IMG/VR virus record: IMGVR_UViG_3300032288_000426
Location: 1 to 53,845 of that record
From: a virus
Taxonomy: Duplodnaviria; Caudoviricetes
Strand: one strand, 5' to 3'
DNA length: 53,845 nt
Positions 19,359 to 26,097 of this stretch are shown one piece after another (the first letter of the stretch is position 1; each line of letters opens with the position of its first letter). The translations under genes were made by a program, and so were the position numbers. The notes beneath the pieces are model-generated. The model was not told the DNA's origin, did no database searches, and was given only the letters and a program-made list of their open reading frames with translations.

Positions 19359-19553
19359 TTAACTAAAGAACTTCTTCAGAAACTCTGCTGCGGCTCCGGG
19401 GCCAAGTAAGACCATGATCATCACGCCATACAGCAGATACTCAATCTTCTGCATACGGTCAGCGCCCTTTTCAAGCTGCTCTTCTATCTTCTTTGAGCGC
19501 TCATTGCAGATTGCTTCATGAATTGCAAATCGAGTTTCCAAGTCGTGATCCAT
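19359..19553 (-). CDS. XhlA/holin-like small membrane protein
   Basis: HEAICNER coiled coil followed by one C-terminal TM helix. Confidence 0.55.
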   Translation of the reverse strand: MDHDLETRFAIHEAICNERSKKIEEQLEKGADRMQKIEYLLYGVMIMVLLGPGAAAEFLKKFFS

Positions 19554-19574
19554 TTCATTCTTCCGGGCAATTGT

Positions 19575-19760
19575 TTACTGCGGCACTGCCTTTTCCTGAT
19601 TCTCTTCGGCAACTTTGGGCAGTTGCGGCATAGCCTGCATCTGAATATTGTTGATCATCACTGCGGACTGGTTGAAAGGCAAAGCGCCCAACAATGTCAG
19701 CAGGTGATTGATCTCCTCAAGATTGTATTGCAACGTGATGCTGATGTCTTTATTTTCCAT
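19575..19760 (-). CDS. Conserved small phage protein (LGALPFNQS motif)
   Basis: Likely start MENKD at 19760 with RBS GAGG; first gene downstream of the structured RNA block. Confidence 0.65.
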   Translation of the reverse strand: MENKDISITLQYNLEEINHLLTLLGALPFNQSAVMINNIQMQAMPQLPKVAEENQEKAVPQ

Positions 19761-19780
19761 TATTTTTCCTCTGTAGTTAG

Positions 19781-20234
19781 GTTGTTGGCGAGATGTTTTG
19801 CAGTCGAGCCGACTTGTCCGTATTCTTTCAACGGTGAGCTGATAGCTGTTACTCATCACCAACACGGCTGAGGACTGTTCTTGATGGGCTGCCGGAATCG
19901 AACCGGACTTACGTCAAGCCGTAGTAACCTTGCCCACAATCCTCATGCGTCTTAGTTGTTGGGCTCGATTTGGTCTTCAGCTACGGCAAACCGGAAAGCC
20001 AGAAAACAGTCTGCGTTGACATCCTCGATTGCTGGCTTAACACCCAACACGGCTGACCACTGCTCTTTCCCCGTCTTCCTGCCAAAGCGACCTAGTGTTC
20101 TTTGGCTTTCCGGTTCTGGGTTAGTTCGCTTTCCGGGTTCGCGCCCAGCAATGATCATGCGTCTTGGTGGGTTAGGCTGCAGCGCCGGGGTGAACTGACC
20201 AAAGTCCCCGAAGCCAGCACTACAGCCCCCCATT
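19781..20234 (-). ncRNA. Putative large structured RNA: five tandem hairpin domains joined by conserved linkers
   Basis: Repeats CCAACACGGCTGA (19859-19871, 20044-20056) and TCATGCGTCTT (19943-19953, 20155-20165). The closing stems pair fully only on the minus strand (G-U wobbles), with compensatory changes between copies. TATAAT lies just upstream. Confidence 0.7.
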
Positions 20235-20237
20235 GAA

Positions 20238-20243
20238 ATTATA
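20238..20243 (-). promoter_or_regulatory. Consensus -10 box for the RNA array and late packaging operon
   Basis: TATAAT a few nt upstream of the first hairpin; no good -35, so possibly activator-dependent. Confidence 0.45.
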
Positions 20244-20245
20244 TG

Positions 20246-20392
20246 TCAGTTACAGGTGGTATTACAGTTTCCAGCGTAACAGCAGGTGGTGCAGTAGACA
20301 CACTGCCCATTGCTGCAATAGCTGTTGTAGGTGCAGGCTGCGTAGCTCATGGTGGCCGTAGCTGCCAGCCAAAGTGCGATCAGGTATTTCAT
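20246..20392 (-). CDS. Secreted cysteine-rich peptide (8 Cys)
   Basis: RBS GAAGGAGG; MKYLIALWLAATATMSYA signal peptide then ACTYNSYCSNGQCVYCTTCCYAGNCNTTCN. Confidence 0.75.
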   Translation of the reverse strand: MKYLIALWLAATATMSYAACTYNSYCSNGQCVYCTTCCYAGNCNTTCN

Positions 20393-20404
20393 ATGTCCTC
20401 CTTC

Positions 20405-20490
20405 AGGTTGTTGGGTACTCGCTGCGTCTGTCTGCAGTACCCACCGCGTAGTCGCAGCAAGTCGCACGGCAGCATCCGCTTTCCCCGTGG
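20405..20490 (-). ncRNA. Putative structured RNA or 5' leader element
   Basis: GGGGAAAGCGGAUGCUG...CAGACGCAGCGAGUACCC; GGGUACU/AGUACCC inverted repeat; ends in CCAACAAC like the array domains. Confidence 0.45.
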
Positions 20491-20500
20491 TTAATGTAAC

Positions 20501-20698
20501 TTAAACTTCTTCAACTGTAACCCTGTACTTCTTGCCGTACCGATCCTCAACGTTGAGGGTCTTCTTGGTGCTCAGGAAGGCTCCAGAAGCCGCCAGATGA
20601 AGCTGTGGGGCTGAAACGCTGGACAGTAGCTTGTCTACGTCATTGGCCTTCAGGTTGCCCCGTATAAGGGCTGCAATGTAGTCGCAATAGGCAAGCAT
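20501..20698 (-). CDS. Hypothetical protein
   Basis: 65 aa, RBS GGAGG, ends YRVTVEEV. Confidence 0.65.
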   Translation of the reverse strand: MLAYCDYIAALIRGNLKANDVDKLLSSVSAPQLHLAASGAFLSTKKTLNVEDRYGKKYRVTVEEV

Positions 20699-20863
20699 TC
20701 AGTCCTCCAGCATCTCGCGTAGGTTCTCAATGGCCTCTTCAGGCGTCGCACCATGCGCACAGGTATCGTCACCGCAGGTGCCCTTGACGTAAGCAACGTA
20801 GGCGCACTGCTTGAACAGGAAAGCGCCGTCAGACTCCCAAGCTTCGTATTCGTATTTAGTCAT
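20699..20863 (-). CDS. Small HicB-N-like protein (not in the ORF track)
   Basis: MTKYEYEAWESDG...CAHGATPEEAIENLREMLED; RBS GAGGAGG; GxTxEEAxxNL motif. Confidence 0.55.
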   Translation of the reverse strand: MTKYEYEAWESDGAFLFKQCAYVAYVKGTCGDDTCAHGATPEEAIENLREMLED

Positions 20864-20865
20864 GA

Positions 20866-20991
20866 TCAATCCTCCTCGCTGTCGTAGCGGTCATCGTACA
20901 TAGCGTCCAAGCGGGCTTCTTCGCGGCGCTCAAACTCCCAATCAACATGTTTTGCCCATTCTGGCAAGTAAACTGGTGATGTATTTTCCAT
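20866..20991 (-). CDS. Small acidic protein, 41 aa (not in the ORF track)
   Basis: MENTSPVYLPEW...; preceded by AACTGACCATG, as are the genes starting at 21343 and 23078. Confidence 0.5.
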   Translation of the reverse strand: MENTSPVYLPEWAKHVDWEFERREEARLDAMYDDRYDSEED

Positions 20992-21003
20992 GGTCAGTTT
21001 TCG

Positions 21004-21027
21004 GAAAATGCCCGGATTGCTCCGGGC
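21004..21027 (-). terminator. Intrinsic terminator
   Basis: GCCCGGA-GCAA-TCCGGGC followed by ATTTT. Confidence 0.6.
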
Positions 21028-21034
21028 GGGTTAA

Positions 21035-21343
21035 TCAGAAGTTGTAGTCGTGGAACTTACGGGGCTTGTCAGCAAGGTTGTAGCGGCCACCGTGGGCGTC
21101 CTTCCAGCCATGCTTGCCGAGGCGAATACGCTTAACTGGCGCGGTCTCGTCGCTGGTGATGATCCACTTCTGCTGGTTCTGGTTCGAGCAGTGGGCTGAG
21201 AAGCCGCCAACATGGAAATCCAGCTTGACTGAGTTGTCGCGCTCGGCTTTCATAGGACGGATCTCGATGGTCTTGTCGCTGATGACGCGGACAACCTCGT
21301 ATGGGTCAACGTCGCTATACATGCAGTGGTTTGCGTAGTTCAT
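21035..21343 (-). CDS. Conserved early hypothetical protein
   Basis: Start MNYAN with RBS AAGGAG; YSDVDPYEVVRV...PRKFHDYNF. Confidence 0.7.
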   Translation of the reverse strand: MNYANHCMYSDVDPYEVVRVISDKTIEIRPMKAERDNSVKLDFHVGGFSAHCSNQNQQKWIITSDETAPVKRIRLGKHGWKDAHGGRYNLADKPRKFHDYNF

Positions 21344-21437
21344 GGTCAGTTCTCCTTTTCGCATCCTGACTAACGTGTCAGTGGTGTAATCTTAGATTAA
21401 ACGATTAGGGGGGGTCAACCCCCTTTTGCAAATATTT
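21344..21437 (-). promoter_or_regulatory. Early sigma70 promoter/leader cassette, copy 1
   Basis: TTGACC-18-TAAGAT, AT-rich upstream tract, leader hairpin CTGAC-N6-GTCAG then ATGCGAA and RBS. Confidence 0.7.
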
Positions 21438-22190
21438 TTAAATTATTTTTGGGCGCTGGACAATTGTCTGTTTGACACCTTCACGCTCACCGTGCTCGGC
21501 GACGGTTGCCATCATGCGGATAGCGTCGCCCTTTGAACCGAGGTAGTTGCCACGGTAAACCACGACGTTACCGTTGCAGCGGATGATGTTGATGTGCTTG
21601 ATGCCAAACTGGGTTTCCATGCTGATCACGCGCTCGATGGTGCCTTCGATCTCGATACGGGCTCCGATGCTGCCGATATGGGCGCTGGTAGCGTTTTGCT
21701 GGCGCTTGGCTATCTCACCCTCAACCAAAGCGATTTGGCGCTCTGTGGGCTCTTTCATGCGGTTTGCCATGTCATTGCGAAGCCGAGTCCAGAACTCGCC
21801 GCCCAGACCATCGAGGGCATCGAAGAAAGGCTTGTGCAGGCCGATGAATGCATCTTTGGCCGCCTGATGCTGGGCTTGAATGGCAGCGTGCTCGGCAGCC
21901 TTGGCAGCGGCACGTTTGGCAGCAGCAGCGTCAAGCTTGGCAAGCTGCTCAGCAGTGTACAGAGGGGCGGTCTTAATGCTGGTGAAGCCGGTGTTGTGGC
22001 ATGTCCAGCAGTCAAAGCCAGTGAGGCTGTATGGGCGGTCATTGTGGATGCCCATGATCCACATGCGCTTGCCGTCGATCTCAACACAGCGAGTGCAGGC
22101 GACTTTGTAGGTGTAGGTGGGCTTGCCCTTGAGGCTAGTCTGAACTGCGCCTGTGTACTCAGTGCCGCTACGGGTGAAAAGTTGGGTCAT
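21438..22190 (-). CDS. Early protein with a Zn finger (CxxC...CxxC) and a C-terminal OB-like domain
   Basis: CTRC...CWTC; HIGSIGARIEIEGTI...ATVAEHGEREGVKQTIVQRPK. Confidence 0.65.
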   Translation of the reverse strand: MTQLFTRSGTEYTGAVQTSLKGKPTYTYKVACTRCVEIDGKRMWIMGIHNDRPYSLTGFDCWTCHNTGFTSIKTAPLYTAEQLAKLDAAAAKRAAAKAAEHAAIQAQHQAAKDAFIGLHKPFFDALDGLGGEFWTRLRNDMANRMKEPTERQIALVEGEIAKRQQNATSAHIGSIGARIEIEGTIERVISMETQFGIKHINIIRCNGNVVVYRGNYLGSKGDAIRMMATVAEHGEREGVKQTIVQRPKII

Positions 22191-22281
22191 GATTCGCTCC
22201 TGTTCGCATCCGGTCTCAAGTGACCGTGATGTAATCTTAGGTTAAACAATCATGGGTGTCAACACCCCAGAGCAAAATAAT
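22191..22281 (-). promoter_or_regulatory. Early sigma70 promoter/leader cassette, copy 2
   Basis: TTGACA(22262-22257)-17-TAAGAT; hairpin CGGTC-N6-GACCG then ATGCGAA; RBS AGGAG. Confidence 0.75.
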
Positions 22282-22368
22282 TTAAATAATTCCTGCTGCT
22301 ACCAAGACGGCAACAAAGCACGCCATCAAGATGCAGCAGACCCAGACGATGTCATCAACGTCCATCAT
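22282..22368 (-). CDS. Very small membrane peptide
   Basis: MMDVDDIVWVCCILMACFVAVLVAAGII; ATGA overlap with the upstream gene. Confidence 0.4.
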   Translation of the reverse strand: MMDVDDIVWVCCILMACFVAVLVAAGII

Positions 22369-22514
22369 CGGAACCACAGGTAAAAGCCGTGCAGGATCCC
22401 AATGGGGAACATGATAGCCCCGGCAATCAGGAAGCCCCAGAGCCCCTCTGCAAAGCAGGTGAAAATGTGCGTCAGCCACGCAGCGAAACAACCGATACCA
22501 ATAACCCAGCCCAT
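22365..22514 (-). CDS. Small 2-TM membrane protein (not in the ORF track)
   Basis: MGWVIGIGCFAAWLTHIFTCFAEGLWGFLIAGAIMFPIGILHGFYLWFR; RBS GAGGGGG. Confidence 0.65.
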   Translation of the reverse strand: MGWVIGIGCFAAWLTHIFTCFAEGLWGFLIAGAIMFPIGILHGFYLWFR

Positions 22515-22523
22515 AATTCCCCC

Positions 22524-22757
22524 TCAGTTAAGTAAATAATCTTGCCACTGCCCATTGGCAGCAATCTCGTTCCCATACTTCTTGGCCTGATACAGGTTCG
22601 GGAAATACTCCACATCATCCCCGCAGGGATCCCCTTCCCGGTAAACGCTTAGGAAGTAATCTCCGGCCCGTGATTTCTCGACCTTGATGAAGATCTCGTC
22701 ATTGATGGGGAGCAGGTGGACATGCCCCCCTTCATCTCGTTGTGATGTCCAGCTCAT
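22524..22757 (-). CDS. Hypothetical protein
   Basis: 77 aa, RBS GGGAG. Confidence 0.6.
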   Translation of the reverse strand: MSWTSQRDEGGHVHLLPINDEIFIKVEKSRAGDYFLSVYREGDPCGDDVEYFPNLYQAKKYGNEIAANGQWQDYLLN

Positions 22758-22769
22758 GATGGCTCCCGA

Positions 22770-23078
22770 TTAACGTGAAGTGACTTTGACGGTGAAGACC
22801 GCAGAGGTCTTGGTGTACTTGGCGTAAACGTCAGCACCAAAGTCCTTGATGAATTTTTTGCTGTCGAAGGTAGAGCGATTGGAGTCGCTGTAAGTGGCAC
22901 GGAAAAGATTGCCATCGATAAAGCGCACGCCATCTTTGCCTACTTCCAGTAAGCCATCAGCGCCAGCTTCTTTGATGGAATCCTTGATGGCCTCGGCTTG
23001 CTTGGTGAGATCAGCGATCTGAGCCAGCAGTGTGCCCAGCTTGTCTACTTCGGTGAGTGGAATGTCGTTTGTCTTCAT
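22770..23078 (-). CDS. Conserved early protein
   Basis: VDKLGTLLAQIADLTKQAEAIKD coiled coil plus basic C-terminus; first gene after cassette copy 3. Confidence 0.7.
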   Translation of the reverse strand: MKTNDIPLTEVDKLGTLLAQIADLTKQAEAIKDSIKEAGADGLLEVGKDGVRFIDGNLFRATYSDSNRSTFDSKKFIKDFGADVYAKYTKTSAVFTVKVTSR

Positions 23079-23175
23079 GGTCAGTTCTCCTAGTTCGCAT
23101 CCGGTCTTGATCGACCGTGAACAGAGTTTAATCCTGACTTAAACGATATGTCAACTACTTTATTAAAATATTTTT
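23079..23175 (-). promoter_or_regulatory. Early sigma70 promoter/leader cassette, copy 3
   Basis: TTGACA(23154-23149)-18-TAAACT; hairpin CGGTC-N6-GACCG then ATGCGAA; RBS AGGAG. Confidence 0.7.
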
Positions 23176-23456
23176 TCTTCTTGCTCAAGTGGCAACCCAT
23201 CGGTCAGCAGGCGCTGGATGGTGATGTTCAGAGCGTCGAGCTCGTCCATCTTGCGGATAGCCCACGCCCGCTTGTTCCCATGCCAGCCCATCATTGACCC
23301 TTGGTGGCAGTCATAGCAGAGCGCTACAGTGGTGTACTGCTGGCCTTGATTGATGTGGTGGGCAGAGCTCGGCGGCGGAGCATTGCAGACACTGCAGGGC
23401 AGGCTCTTCACCCGTGCCAGATGCTTGCGATCAGCCGCCGTCAGTTTGTTGTTCAT
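23163..23456 (-). CDS. HNH-type (Ref/DUF968-like) nuclease
   Basis: HLARVKSLPCSVC...AHHI...VALCYDCHQG. Confidence 0.7.
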   Translation of the reverse strand: MNNKLTAADRKHLARVKSLPCSVCNAPPPSSAHHINQGQQYTTVALCYDCHQGSMMGWHGNKRAWAIRKMDELDALNITIQRLLTDGLPLEQEEKIF

Positions 23457-23785
23457 AGGGTGACTTTGCCCTCAACCCGATTGGTGGCCTCCTGAGATCG
23501 CCAGACCTCAACCCTAGCCTGTGCTGCCACCATGTCCCAACGGAGCTTCTCTTCGGCCTCTACGGCCTCCCTAAGCCCCTCTAGTAGCTGGACATACTCC
23601 GGGTGACTGTACGCCTCACGCTCCTGCGCATTGACAGCAGTCTCCATCGACCGCTTCATCAGAATTGCTTTCAAGCTCTTGCGGTACTCTTCCATGTAGA
23701 TACGGTCAGCCTTGGCCTTGGCATAAAACTTCCCATTGTCCCGGATGTAATCGACCGCCCGGTGCGGATCAATATCACGTTCCAT
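23453..23785 (-). CDS. Conserved helical phage protein
   Basis: AQEREAYSHPEY...RVEVWRSQEA. Confidence 0.7.
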   Translation of the reverse strand: MERDIDPHRAVDYIRDNGKFYAKAKADRIYMEEYRKSLKAILMKRSMETAVNAQEREAYSHPEYVQLLEGLREAVEAEEKLRWDMVAAQARVEVWRSQEATNRVEGKVTL

Positions 23786-23945
23786 TGAATTCCCCCTTCA
23801 ATTCCATCTTTAATCGGCAGTCGCCACACACCCAGCGTTGACGCATGCCGTTCTCAATCAGCTTGTACCCGCCGTTCTTTGTCGGCTTCCTTACCCTGCA
23901 ATTGGTGCACAACCTCGGTTCCGATGCTACGTTCTTCAACGACAC
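23775..23945 (-). CDS. Small Zn-ribbon protein (not in the ORF track)
   Basis: GTG start with RBS GAGGAGG; CTNC...RWVCGDC, 56 aa. Confidence 0.55.
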   Translation of the reverse strand: MSLKNVASEPRLCTNCRVRKPTKNGGYKLIENGMRQRWVCGDCRLKMELKGEFNGT

Positions 23946-24057
23946 GATTGACTATCCTCCTCACCTGCCCTTTGTCCATTTTGTTTTTCTTTGCAATTGC
24001 GCCGATGGACTCGCCGCGCATAAATGCCTGATAGATCTCAGTGTCTAGTGCTTGCAC
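23854..24057 (-). CDS. Small HTH-like protein
   Basis: EIYQAFMRGESIGAIAKKNKMDKGQVRRIV. Confidence 0.55.
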   Translation of the reverse strand: MQALDTEIYQAFMRGESIGAIAKKNKMDKGQVRRIVNRVVEERSIGTEVVHQLQGKEADKERRVQAD

Positions 24058-24223
24058 CTCTGACCCCCATCATCATGTCGGCCATATCGAATGCAGCCTC
24101 AGCAATGAACCTACGGTTGTGTTCGCTTTCCAGTATCTCTGGGTCTACTGCAGCCATCAATCCCTGCAAAGCAAACGCAGCAAACGCACACCGCATCTGT
24201 TCTTCTGTGTCAAACATACTCAT
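24038..24223 (-). CDS. Conserved small phage protein (FAAxALQG...ADxMM family)
   Basis: Same motif family as 32614..32847. Confidence 0.65.
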   Translation of the reverse strand: MSMFDTEEQMRCAFAAFALQGLMAAVDPEILESEHNRRFIAEAAFDMADMMMGVRGASTRH

Positions 24224-24681
24224 GAGAAAGTCCTCCTCGCATATTCCGCTATCAATAAAGCTTCAGCCTTGCCGTGATCCTTCTTCAGTAAAAGCTTCGC
24301 CTGTGGGAAAGCAATCCTCGCAGCAGCAAGTGATCTTTCTTTCTCTGAGTTCAGGCTCATGGCTTTTTTCCATACTTGAGGTATAACGTAAAACACCCGA
24401 TCAGCAGAGAGTTCAGCAACAGCGCCAATAGAACCAAAGGCACGCATAAAACGCCCACTGCTAACAAGCCCTTGTTTGGGCATGACGCCCACCTGCTCAA
24501 TACAGATCGCATAGTCATCTCCCGGAGGCACCATCCTTAGAATTAACTGCTTCAAGCTTCTTGCGTCAATCTTGTCACCAACAGACTCAATGTCCTCTGC
24601 AGCAATGAACCCACCGTTATGATCAATCGCCGCAATAGCCCCAGAACGAAGTCCGGGGTCAACACCAATCCAGATAGTCAT
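24220..24681 (-). CDS. ruvC: RuvC-like Holliday junction resolvase
   Basis: Start MTIWIGVDPG; CIEQV, PQVWKK, GKAEALLIA. Confidence 0.8.
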   Translation of the reverse strand: MTIWIGVDPGLRSGAIAAIDHNGGFIAAEDIESVGDKIDARSLKQLILRMVPPGDDYAICIEQVGVMPKQGLVSSGRFMRAFGSIGAVAELSADRVFYVIPQVWKKAMSLNSEKERSLAAARIAFPQAKLLLKKDHGKAEALLIAEYARRTFS

Positions 24682-24956
24682 TGCCGTTGTATAGGTATGC
24701 GATTGAGTATTGCATTGGCTGCATTCTTCAATGCCGTGCAAAGCTCACCTTCTTCTTCATCGTCTGCAAGCTTCATCACCAACTCAGCACACGCTTCACG
24801 CTCAATTCGAATGGCCGTCTTTGTGGTTTCAATTGCCACCGTCATGATCTCAGCCTTTGCCAGCACCAGAGCATCATCAAATTCTTTTTGTGTAAAGACC
24901 TGCACGGTGCCACTGCTTGCCAAGAACTGCTTTTGGAAGTTGCTTAACTCACTCAT
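24678..24956 (-). CDS. Hypothetical protein (EREACA motif)
   Basis: ATGA-coupled within the replication operon. Confidence 0.65.
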   Translation of the reverse strand: MSELSNFQKQFLASSGTVQVFTQKEFDDALVLAKAEIMTVAIETTKTAIRIEREACAELVMKLADDEEEGELCTALKNAANAILNRIPIQRQ

Positions 24957-25144
24957 CTCCAATCCCCTTTCTCACCTCTGTTGCCCTTCGCCCATTGATC
25001 CTTGACATCAGCCCTAAGCTTCTCGTCATTATGATTTTTTTCCCACATTCGCAGAAAGTCATGAGCTTTGTCTCGGTCTTTGATCCGCATTCGGATAACC
25101 TCTCGAACGAGAGAAGTCCATATCTCGGTTTGTACATCGTTCAA
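24953..25144 (-). CDS. Hypothetical protein
   Basis: QWAKGNRGEKGDWR C-terminus; coupled to the helicase gene. Confidence 0.65.
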   Translation of the reverse strand: MNDVQTEIWTSLVREVIRMRIKDRDKAHDFLRMWEKNHNDEKLRADVKDQWAKGNRGEKGDWR

Positions 25145-26097
25145 AAATCACCTTTCTGATCAAACGCTAATGGTAGCCCATTAAACTTGTCGATGAACTG
25201 CTGACTGTCACCGTGAAAATAAAATTCAAACCACGGCTCACGCTCACCGTTTCGTTGCTTCTCGCACATCAGGTACGCATCAGGCGTCATTGGATCAACA
25301 TCCTCACCACGCTCCATGCTGTGCTGCTTTTTCTTATTGCGCCACAGAATCAGGACATTGTCCACCTGATCTGTGATTGATGACGAGCCACGGAGATCTG
25401 ACTTGCTCGGTCTTACCTCTTCGCTGGCAAGCTTTCTGATGTGATGCACCAGATGAATGTGAATGTCCTGATCACGAGCAATCGCTGTCAGCTTGTCCAC
25501 AAAGTTCTTCTGCTCGTTGTAGCTGTCTTCGCCCGGCACGCACTTCATCAGGCTGTCAACGAATACATGCTGCACACCTAGCTTAGTCGCGCAATGGTGG
25601 CAGACCGCCTCGATCATCTGAGCATTGACCGTGCCCTGCTGGTCGTACAGGTACAGCTTCTTGTCTACAAAGATCTTGAACCTGCCATAGGCGTCCCGCT
25701 TCTGTGAATCAGGCGTCTGGACGTAGTTGTTGGACTCCAGAGACTTCCCGGCAAACTGCCTAATCATCCGCTTCAAGGTGATCTTCGGCTTCATCTCAAA
25801 GCTAGCTATGCAGATCTTCTGACCCTGCTTCATCAGACCCAAGGCAACCTGCCCGGTCATCAGGGACTTGCCCGAACCATTGCTGCCAGCCCACACCGTC
25901 ACCTCACCAGGTCGGAAGGCAAAGCTGTCCATCGTAGTGCTCCAAGGCAACAAAACAGATCTGTCCACCGGAGGGTTGACCAGTTCCTCTTCAAGCTCAT
26001 CCACCCAGACACGGGCTTCTTTGACCTTGGCCTCATGGTCAGTCATCGCCAGATAGGCGTCGAAGTCAATATCGTCATCACTCAGGTACATAGCCAT
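25141..26097 (-). CDS. SF4 (DnaB/T7 gp4-like) replicative helicase, no primase domain
   Basis: FRPGEVTVWAGSNGSGKS, IASFEM, VFVDSLMK, IHLVHHIRK, DLRGSSSITDQVDNVL, CEKQRNG. Confidence 0.9.
   Translation of the reverse strand: MAMYLSDDDIDFDAYLAMTDHEAKVKEARVWVDELEEELVNPPVDRSVLLPWSTTMDSFAFRPGEVTVWAGSNGSGKSLMTGQVALGLMKQGQKICIASFEMKPKITLKRMIRQFAGKSLESNNYVQTPDSQKRDAYGRFKIFVDKKLYLYDQQGTVNAQMIEAVCHHCATKLGVQHVFVDSLMKCVPGEDSYNEQKNFVDKLTAIARDQDIHIHLVHHIRKLASEEVRPSKSDLRGSSSITDQVDNVLILWRNKKKQHSMERGEDVDPMTPDAYLMCEKQRNGEREPWFEFYFHGDSQQFIDKFNGLPLAFDQKGDF

Noticed and set aside
19885-19936. Canonical tRNA gene
   Set aside because: A T-loop is present, but there is no D arm, 7-bp acceptor stem or standard anticodon arm; the element is only ~52 nt.
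19952-20233. ORFs 19952..20233 (-) and 19956..20198 (+), and the N-terminal extension of 19575..19865
   Set aside because: No RBS or recognisable motifs; they overlie the hairpin array, whose G-U and compensatory pattern argues for RNA-level constraint.
19781-20234. CRISPR or TIGR-type guide array
   Set aside because: Only two copies of each linker, units of ~60-110 nt with unequal length and structured interiors, and no Cas or Nop-domain protein recognised. The PD-(D/E)XK nuclease at 31458 is an ordinary phage exonuclease.
20699-20863. HicAB toxin-antitoxin system
   Set aside because: Only a HicB-N-like fragment is present, with no adjacent HicA-like gene recognised.
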